Below are positions 42,701 through 64,000 of a DNA stretch of 64,000 bases, piece by piece. Positions within the stretch are counted from its first letter, which is position 1. The number at the start of each line of letters is the position of its first letter. The notes below the pieces were generated by a model. The model saw only the letters and a program-made list of their open reading frames with translations. It was not told the DNA's origin and did no database searches. The stretch comes from Paragordius varius. Lineage: Eukaryota; Animalia; Nematomorpha. The DNA lies in NCBI GenBank assembly GCA_964247055.1, contig OZ176053.1:3038001-3102000 (forward strand), in the 5' to 3' direction. The position numbers were made by a program, and so were the translations under genes.

Positions 42701-44172
42701 TACCATCAATTTTTGATGGTAAAATTGATTTTCAAACATTTTGATTTTGCCCATAAATTGCCGTATTTATATTATTTATATTTTTCTTTTACAATTCGCC
42801 TAATCAAATTATTTAATTTTCAATTCAAGAGTGTCTTTGAAAGTTTAAAGTTGTACTTCACTTCAAGTTGGTCCTTTGACTTTTTTGTTTTGTTTTTAAC
42901 ATTTATTAATTAAATCGAAAATAATTTATTTATTTTATTGTTTTAACCTATTTTCTATTATTTATCATATATTTTAAATCGATATCAACTTTTAATCTTT
43001 GAGAAACCGTATATAAATATCAAATAATTTTAGATATTTATAAGACGAAAAAAAATATATGAGTTTTATGGGTTATTAAAAAATTTTCATTAAAAACATT
43101 AAAATTAATAATTTTATTCCTATTAATAAAAATATTTTGAAACAAAAAAGTGGTTTTTCAATAAAATTTTTTATTTTTAAATGGATTAATATATAATAAA
43201 TAAAGAAAATTGGGTTAATAAATAATAATATTAAAAAATAAATGCAAAAATTAGGGTAAAACAAAATTTATATATTTTAAGGACCAACTTAAAGAGTATA
43301 AAGACCAACTTGAAATGTTCAAGGACCAACTTGAAGTGTTCAAAGACACTCAATAAGTGCAAATTAAATAATTTGATTAGGCGAATTGTAAAAGAAAAAT
43401 ATAAATAATATAAATACGGCAATTTATGGGCAAAATCAAAATGTTTGAAAATCAATTTTACCATCAAAAATTGATGGTAAAACGATAAAAATCATAATTC
43501 AACGCTAAAAATAAATTACATTAACTTAAAATTTAATTAATAATTTATAATTAACAATAAATGGTAATTCTTTGTAATATTAAAAAAAGTGTTGTTTTTG
43601 CTTGAAAAAATGTTGTCTTTGGTTGAAAAAATGTTGCGTTTGGATGAAAAAATGTTGTATTTGGTTGAAAAAATGTTGCATTTGGTTGAAAAAATGTTGC
43701 GTTTGCTTGAAAAAATGTTGCGTTTGCTTGAAAAAATGTTGTCTTTGCTTGAAAAAATGTTGCATTTGCTTGAAAAATTGTTGCCTTTGCTTGAAAAAAT
43801 GTTGCGTTTGCTTGAAAAAATGGTGCGTTTGCTTGAAAAAATGATGTTTTTGCATGAAAAATGGTATATCATAAAATAAAATTTTTTGTTATTTTTGCCC
43901 ATAGTATATATATATATATATATATATATATCTGTCGGTAACCGAAAACATTTATATTTTATATAAACTGTTGTTGAATAAGTCCCGAAAAATATTCTTT
44001 GATATCCTAGAACTTAGATCAATTTTTATTTAAAAATATATCAATCAACCTAAAACAATCGATATCGTATGAATTAAATAAATTTGTTGAGCATATTTTT
44101 ACCTTTTGTGGCATGTAGATATAGATGAATATGATAAGATAATAATAATGCCAGATATATTTTTGAATTCAT
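22882..44172 (-). CDS. Gene B: putative secreted protein of unknown family, 262 aa, 6 exons; paralog of gene A
   Basis: Exons 44172-44103, 31900-31752, 31158-31023, 29233-29119, 25406-25253, 23046-22882 (789 nt, GT-AG). Exons 2-5 have exactly the lengths of gene A exons (149/136/115/154). N-terminus MNSKIYLALLLSYHIHLYLHATK; ends ...NNYVSFIVSTC*. Exon 1 is assigned across a 12.2-kb intron by phase and by homology to gene C and gene A. Confidence 0.8.
23146..23332. mobile_element. Short hAT-like MITE
   Basis: Imperfect TIR cagtagtacctaa / ttgggcaccactg; partial 8-bp flank match ccatagag / ccatcatg. Confidence 0.55.
23940..25085. mobile_element. About 1.1-kb palindromic non-autonomous element in gene B intron 5
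   Basis: Arms of about 550 bp are imperfect reverse complements; homologous to the host element at 41181-43900. Confidence 0.75.
27008..27360. mobile_element. MITE/foldback family 2 (TACCATTTAC termini, cttgaacaattcaaattcacc 21-mers)
   Basis: Perfect termini with TA flanks; further copies at 53547-53815 and about 54970-55224. Confidence 0.85.
27487..28113. mobile_element. Non-autonomous hAT-like element in gene B intron 4
   Basis: Left end ggggtgtccaacacaaatggc also occurs at about 46556 and, reversed, at about 54585-54605; internal homology to 7400-9010. Confidence 0.6.
35646..40448. mobile_element. Giant foldback element 2 (4.8 kb) of the same family, inserted in the right arm of element 1
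   Basis: Same CAGTATGCAT termini; TA duplicated (35644-35645, 40449-40450). Removing it restores ...aagataaaaacccac, the family arm sequence. Arms 35646-37640 and 37770-40448. Confidence 0.9.
38611..39930. repeat. 660-bp tandem duplication in the right arm of element 2
   Basis: The sequence at 38621 (ttgttaaaaaccgccattttcacc...) recurs at 39281 and the two blocks stay in register for about 660 nt. Confidence 0.85.
41181..43900. mobile_element. Palindromic host element (sister of 23940-25085) carrying nested insertions
   Basis: 41215-41800 and 41800-42310 are inverted arms; the right arm is interrupted at 42311 and resumes after 43868. Confidence 0.7.
42313..43866. mobile_element. Foldback element family 3: about 510-bp near-perfect inverted arms with 21-bp tandem repeats (ttttcaagcaaacgcaacatt)
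   Basis: TACCATTT / AAATGGTA termini with TA TSD; about 13 21-mers per arm; a family-1 MITE occupies the centre (about 42820-43355). Confidence 0.9.
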
Positions 44173-47100
44173 TAACAAAAAAATTTATGTAATAAAACCT
44201 TAAAATATAATTGGTTAAGGTCAATATATACTGCAAGTATATTTGTTTAAAATGAAAAGTCCATGTGTTTTAACATTAGCGAAAAATTTTATTTATTTTT
44301 AATGACCCAAATACTTGAACTAAATCAATCCATTTTCATTATACCTAAACCTAAATATAGTTTTTGTCCAAATTAATATAAAATGACGAAATGTAAATAT
44401 AATTATTTTAACTAAATTTTACTTGTGCTGTTTCTAAAATGTATTATGGGATGTTAATTACACAACCCTAAATCAACACAATTTAATAACTGCAATTTTA
44501 AATTGTAATATGATGTTAATATTGCATATCCAATACATATAATTAAGAAAATACCTCATTTGTGGATATTTTTATAATTTATACATTATTTTGTGAATAT
44601 GACCTTTTGCTCGTTATTTGGGCAATACACTTATAAATCAGCAAAAATGGTTTATTTTTAACTCACTCTCAAATCAACTTTTGTTTAATTAATATGGTAA
44701 ATTAATTTTTTTGCAGAAATGTAATTTCAAAAAGCTTCATTTTATATTGGCCTATTAGACTTAACATTCCATGACCTTTTTCGGGTAGTTTTATATCCCA
44801 GAGCGATTTAAAATTCGAATATCTTAAAAAAAATATTAACCGTTAAAAATATGCTTTCTTAGTCTTTTACCCGCATACAATTATTTTTCTAAATTTAAAA
44901 AATCCTCATCTCACTTTTTGCCGCCATTTTAATAATTTAAATCGATAATGCAATAGGGGCAAATCGATATATATATATATATATATATATTAATAATTAT
45001 CTTTCAATTAATTTTCTATTTAATTTTCGATTATCATTATATTACGGATTTTACAACTGTTATAACTTTAATAAGATTTAGGCTACAATTTACCAACAAA
45101 AACTTGATATTTATTAATTTTAAAATTAGCTGTTAAGTTTAATCGTGATTTGTGTCCCAATATTAAAATTAATAAATAAGTTTTAAAACTGTTAAATATA
45201 ATTTTTTTAAATATTACTAGATAACAATGTTTGATATAAATTTTAACTAAATAACTTTTAAAACAGTATTTTATTGAGCTCTGGGATATGAAAGAATAGG
45301 CTATCGCGGACAAATTATTAAAAGTTCATAAGTGTTTAAAAGGAAAACAATGTTGTTATTTCAATAAGCTTCATGTTAAATTGGGATACTGATCTTAATT
45401 TACGCAAAAAGCTTATTAGGCGTTATGCTATATTTATGCTAAACTATTACATCAAAATAACGTAAAATCCTGCCTTTGAAGTAAAATTAGCAAGCATATT
45501 TTAATTTGTAAACTAATAATTAAAATTATCGGCAGAATTTTTAGATTAAAGTTTTAAACTGATGATTGCGGCATCAAATTATATAGAAAAGGTGTTTTTA
45601 TATATTTTTTTAATGTTTTTACCGTTTTCGGCAGGCTTCAAAACTGTGCGGAAAATGTAAGCCATATTCTAGCACATATTAACAATTCTTATTGTGGAAT
45701 CTGGTATATTTGATATTTTTACAAAAACTAAACCAATTAAACTTGTTTCAAAGACTTTGGAAGCCCATATAAAATGAAAAGGCAATAAAAAAAATTGCAT
45801 TCCAATACTTTATCATATGAAATAAATATGGCTTGAAGGTGTGGCTTCTACCGCAAAAAATAATTTTACATATTTCCGCTATAAACGCGATTTGATATTT
45901 TGATGATTACAGTTAAAATAACGTTTTTAAGTAAATCATAGGCCCCAAACCAATAGCAAACCATATTTTTTTAATATATGCAGTATGAGTTAGTATACAT
46001 TGCTAGTTTTTCATTAAAATTGCCAGATAGAACAAACAAAATCTTTTTATTGGCTAATGATATGAAAAAGTAAAAATAACTATAGGCTGATAATATTCCC
46101 CTTTGCTTAATATTTTTTCTGGCAATCGAACACTTAGCAATGTGTACTTAATTTAATCACACTGTATATTCATATTTATTATACTGCATTATCATTTCAC
46201 TCTTTTGCCCTTTTTCATAGACAAATTGGGGTGTTTTTTGTCCCGACCTCACGTGTGAAAAATAATAATTTGAAAATTGTTCTCGCTATTATATGATTAT
46301 ATTCTATTTAATTACATTTATATAAAAAAGCTTTAAAGTATATGTTGTCTCCTGTAACCAAACTTGATGGGTGTGGTCTTATTACCTCGATTATACTTAC
46401 ATCAATCGAGGTCTGTTGCTGTCTTACCAATTAAAATTTACGTAATTTTGCGCTTACTCTTAACTTATGTTGCAACAAGTTTTTTTAACAGAATTATGTT
46501 TCATGTGTTAAACATCACATAAAACCAAAGATTATTAAATTTGTGGCACTAAGACCAGGGGTGTCCAACACAAATGGCTTTGCGGTTCGCATTTGAAATA
46601 TATATGGGCCTTAATAAATATTTTATTAGATTCCATTTAACAATTTTTTTAATTCGTTGCCAATGGGATGGGCTAATTAGAAAATTTGTTCAATAAATAT
46701 CAATTTTGAGATTTGTGCATATTTTAAAAAATTATACTTTCAAATATTTTCGCGGGCCGCAGATAATGTCTTGGAGGTCGAGTTTTGCGCAACCCTGCAT
46801 AAGACTGTAAATTTTGCGACAATAATATTAATACTATTTACCGCAATTTCTGAGTACTGCCAAAATTTGGAAAGTCATATAAAAAATTTGTTCAAGAAAT
46901 ATCAATTAGACTTCAATTTTGTAAAGTACCTTTTTTAATATAAACCCATTTGGTATTTTCAAAAATTTCTCGCGGGCTGAAGAAATATAAGGTGGCGTGC
47001 TGGAATTTCCTGCCCTTAAAGTTATACAAGTGTAAATATATTCAATTAACAGATACTGAAAGAATAGAAAGGTAGATAATGCTCGATTTTATTTTTTTAT

Positions 47101-49766
47101 TTTACTCATCGCCAAATATCAGTAGCGGCAAAAACTAGATCGCATAATTTTAACTAATTCACTGGGCGTGATTTATGATATATAAAGTTTTTATCCTTAG
47201 AATGATTTATAATTCTCCTAAAGTAATTATATATTTAGATGTAAAAAAACAGTATAAAAATTATATCTTATTATTTTGAATAATCATTATCAAGAGCAGC
47301 GGTTCTCGCCAAAAAATTACGAGGGTCTATCACGTACTGCCAAAGTATAGGGGTATGATTTTACATTTTAACACAAACGTTTTGCCATATTTGGCTTTTT
47401 AGAATCTATAAAAAATTGTCAATTTAATTTACTAACCGTAACTGTTCCATAGAAGTGGTATAGATGTAATAGAATTAAATAATATTTTTTAGTAAATTTT
47501 TTTATTCGTATATATTTGCCGGGTACCCAAGAATACAAAGATCATTCACCATAATACCGAGTAAGTCTCAATTTAACTTTAATAGACATCTTTAAGTCGA
47601 AACCTTATATTAACTAATTTTGAGATTAATATAATTTTTATTGGTTAAATTCATACCACTGTTTCCGCAATATATATGTATATATATTCTGATATAGGAA
47701 AATCGCAAAATTTGCTCACATTTTTAATAAAAATTTTGTATTGAAAGAAAAATGTTTACAAAAAAAACAATATAATATATCAGAACTACATATAAAAGGA
47801 AAATTTTAAAGTTTAGATGTGGGCTCTAAAAGTCTCTGGACTCGCTAAAATGGGCAATGTTTCTCAAATTAAACGCAAAACTGCAATGCGCAATAAAATT
47901 TTTAAATAATAAAATTCTTTAGGTGAAGGTAAATGGTTTATTCCACAAAAAGCGCTATATATCATTAACTACTTAAAAAGCATAACCAATTATCCTATAA
48001 AATTTCAATTTTAGATGTGGGTCCGAAAGTCTCCAATTTTTGGACATGTCCGAAAATTGGGTTAAAATAACTACAGCCGAGATTATTTCAAATATATGCT
48101 AAATTTTGACACCAAAAATGTTTTTTTTAATTTAATAAGCTTCACATGCACTTTAATTTGGGTAAATATCTGTAAATTTTAATTATTATTTAAAAACGCA
48201 TATTTTAATCAAATATAAGAAAGTTTAGCATTGAATAATATATAAAAAGGATTTATATAATATCTTAAAGCGTTTTAATACAGTATTCATCATGCATCAA
48301 ATTGTATGTAGTCCGCTTGATAAAAATGTAATTTTTGAAAAAAGTATGCATTTTTTAATAAAATATTTTAAGCCCAATATTAGCTTCTATAACCTTTTTA
48401 TTGCGCAATATCGGCATTTTTACTTTTAACTATATAGTTTATAATATATTATAATTTTTTAGAATGAAGCATCCAGCTTTAACCTAAGAAATTTTATTTA
48501 CAGAAATGTGCGCAAATTTTCCCATTTTTTGATATGGAGCACTTACCACAGAAGTAAACTTTCGTAAATCACTCGTAGGGGCCAAGCACGATGATAATTC
48601 CAATATAATTTTACCATATTTAATATATATCAGAATATTAGTTGTACCCCTAGATTTCGAACGCAGTGTAATAAGTAAAAATAATAATAAAAGTTGAAAT
48701 ATCAAAACCGGAATTCACATGCCGAAATTAATTAAAATAGATCATTTATATAAATTTAAAAGCAATTAGGTAAATTACTCTAAATATTTCAGAGTGATCT
48801 GGGTTATTGTGTTATAGTTTTAACACTTTATTACCCGTTAGAGCAGTTTTGTATTCAAGAGCGATTATATATTAAAAAGTATAAAAAATACAGGGCCAAG
48901 TTTAAGTATTTTAGCTTTATAAGAGCATAAATTGTTTTATATAAATAGTAACATTGGAAAAAATCGCCACACTTTTATTTCCGCCATGTTTTTTTTCTTT
49001 GAATTTTATATCGATCTTACAACAGGCATATTCATAATATATATACTTAAAAAAATGTAAATGTTCAAATTTGGAAATCAATCAAAGCAGCCAATTTTTG
49101 ATAGTCATTGATTTTAAATCAGCTATATATATCAATCGGGTTTTGGAATAATTATTATTTTGGACTTATCAAATTAAAAAATGTGAAATTATATACTTTT
49201 TGTTAAAAACAAAAGAGAAAAAATAATCAAATTATAACCAAAATAAGGTTTACAGTGGCTTTATGATATTAAGCACTGCGCTATAAAACAATCCAAAATC
49301 GAAAAAAATATGGAGTATTGATTTCTTTCCATACATTTATTTTTGACAGAAATTTTTCACATTTTTTATTTTATCACTCATTTTCATACAAGAAATAGTG
49401 TTGTCTTTATTTCCGACTTTTAAACTGGAAAATTGTCGAAAGAATCGTTAAAATATAATTATTATCATTTTTTAAAACACCTTTCATTGTCTATTACAAA
49501 CTTTGTTTTTATTTATCCATAAAAGGTATAAAGGTATTTATATTTGAACAAACCATTTAATGGTAATGAGCCAATTTTAGGTCAACTTCTGATGATGAGG
49601 CTTGCTGATCAATTTTATATGGGTACTTATGAAAAAAATCTCATCTAAAAAGTTACTTTACATCAGTTTATATTTTTGCATATAAAATTACACCTTTCCT
49701 TATACATATGATTGATATCTTAGCGAAAAAACATGTACACATGATTTTATTTTACACGCTTTCGAA

Positions 49767-61979
<12,213 letters not shown>

Positions 61980-63419
61980 TCAAGCATTTTATTACTATTT
62001 TAATATTTTTTTTATTTTTTAATAAATGGATCTTTTGTTATATATAACAAATTTAATAAAATAGCCTGCTAAAATGAGGGTTACTTACCGGGAAAAATCG
62101 ATTTTCCCTAGTATGATTATCCTGAATACGACCGCTAATTTATAAAATTTGAATCAAATTTCAAATCGGAAGAAAATGTATAAATAAAAAAATAATTTTA
62201 AAATATGGTAGTTTTAACAAAATTAATTAAATTTAAAATATTATAATATAAGGAGTATATTTATCCAGAGATAATATTTTTCGACCTCTTTAAAATTTTG
62301 TCCTCATCATTAGTCCCATAATTAAAGGTTATTTTATTGCGACAATCATGATCGAGTTTTTAAATAAGCCTCTATGTTCGGCCCTACGCCTTGGAAATCA
62401 CGTTTTTGTTGCAAATAATTTCCATCTACCATCAGGCGGAAATAAAGGGTATATCACATTTTGGTTGAAATGCATTTAAGTTCTTGAGTATCGCCGTAAG
62501 AGAATAATTTTTTTAAAGCCCTATCACACACTCATCTCATATATTTATTAAAAATAAAATCGTGTCATAGAACAAATTTTACGGGAAACCTGTAAGACAT
62601 TTTAAAAATAATTTTAAATATTTGCATTTAATAAAATGCCGATAATTTGGACACTTTTAGAATTAGACTTTGGGCTCAGCTCGACCCCCTATAAAATTAG
62701 ATTAGCGTTTTATTAACAAAAATATTTTTTTAAGGCAAATTTTCAGTAAAAGTATGAGAGTACAGAGGTATATTTGCAAAGGCAAAGATTACGTTAATAA
62801 ACTTTTTTTAAATATACTCCCACCCTAAAATGGTGATTTTGAAGCAAGTATCCGCCACACATCCGCATTCGAATTCAATCATGACCTCTTATATTACTTT
62901 ATAGATGCCCCGATTATGGCGAAGCCAATTACTTTTAAAACAATACGCTAAAATTTGTAGACCCATATAAATCTATTTAATTAAGGTCATTTCCATTAGC
63001 TGAGCGCCGATCATGTTGGAGACACGTTTTCAAAATGTGTCCCAAACTTATTCAACATACGTCTCATTAAAAAAAGATATACCATCTTTAGCATAAAAAA
63101 TTTTGTCTGTTTAATAATTTAGGAAATTGTTTGGATAAGAAAAAGTTACTCCAAGTTGTGTGAAATTTTTTATTTTGGTTTTTTCGCTTTATTAATAATA
63201 TTATCCATCCAATTGATAAGTCATGATTAATAAGTTGTATTAAGGCTTGGCAGGTTCCAAGCAGAGCCAATTGATAGAACTTGTCATAAAAAGGGTTGAC
63301 ACGGGGGACAGTGGTGCCTATTTGTTAAAAAATAAATAATAGTGGTAAAAGATTAAAATAAAATTAATTTACAAAAATGTAAAACATTATATTTCGTTTA
63401 AATAGATTAATATTTTTTT

Positions 63420-64000
63420 ATTGTTGTTGTTGATAAGCTTGTAGTCGGTTATCGACCATTACCGATTTTATAAGAATGCTCCACTCGGTTCTGTCGTAGG
63501 CTTTTAGAGATAATTTTTGCAGTGACAATTTGGAAAGTAATAAGATTTGGTCTATCCAGCGAATACGTCTTCGTTTCCTTCTTCTCTGGCCATTTACTTT
63601 TCCTAAAATGTCCACGAATAAAGTGTCGAAAATAACCGTATTTTTGTTTTATTATTTTACCCCTTATTTTATTTACGATGTCGATGTTCTTTATTTTGTC
63701 CTTCCATGTTATACTAAGTATTTTTCTCCTGCAAAACGTTTCAAAAGCGTTTATTCTTTTTTCGTCTTTACTTTTAATAGTGCAGCTTTCACATCCGTAT
63801 AACATGATGGGAAATATTAATGCGTTATTAGTCGGATTTTTATTTTTAGATTTATGTCATGATTCCATATCTTGTAGTGTGAGGCTAGAGCGCGCATTTA
63901 GCGATAGCTATGCGTGTTCTTATTTACTTGAGCTTGAATTGGTGATAATGCTTCCAATGTATGTGTATTCGTGAATACATGAATTTATTTATATTTATGA
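63420..64000 (-). mobile_element. 3' end of a decayed RTE retrotransposon; continues past the right edge
   Basis: MLYGCESCTIK...INAFETFCRRKILSITWKDK and GKVNGQRRRKRRRIRWIDQI in shifted frames; (caa)n tail at 63421-63431. Confidence 0.85.

Noticed and set aside
42192-43902. Overlapping ORFs with heptad repeats (LLEKMLR, KKCCVCL, HFFKQTQ) resembling coiled-coil or Cys-rich proteins
   Set aside because: They are translations of the stop-free 21-bp repeats in the foldback arms, open in several frames on both strands.
556-48705. Most 60-95 aa ORFs in the supplied track
   Set aside because: Ile/Phe/Lys/Asn-rich composition expected by chance in AT-rich DNA, or they lie inside repeats; ORF 30874-31158 is gene B exon 3 running into its intron.

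Overview
Very AT-rich, intron-containing eukaryotic (animal-like) DNA; the species cannot be identified from the sequence. (1) A cluster of three paralogous genes with no family I recognise, encoding putative secreted proteins of about 260 aa with 6 Cys. Gene A (+, 10698-18365) and gene B (-, 44172-22882) are complete six-exon models facing each other; gene C (-) shows only its signal-peptide exon at 247-178. (2) A 17-exon thioredoxin-glutathione reductase (Grx + TrxR fusion; +, 49767-61979) with several oddities: 24- and 22-nt introns, a frameshift in the Grx domain, a Cys-rich insertion, loss of the catalytic His-Pro motif, and no visible Gly-Cys-Sec-Gly tail. (3) A full-length, near-intact RTE retrotransposon (57455-60970, 10-bp TSD) lying sense in TGR intron 15. 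Its first nucleotide is G1 of a compact HDV-like ribozyme fold. (4) Many DNA-transposon derivatives: hAT elements with 8-bp TSDs, TACCATTT-terminated foldback/MITE families with 21-bp periodicity, and two giant self-nested palindromes (32121-40700) inside the 12.2-kb intron 1 of gene B. Two decayed RTE copies are also present. All gene models were built by eye, without transcript evidence or database searches.
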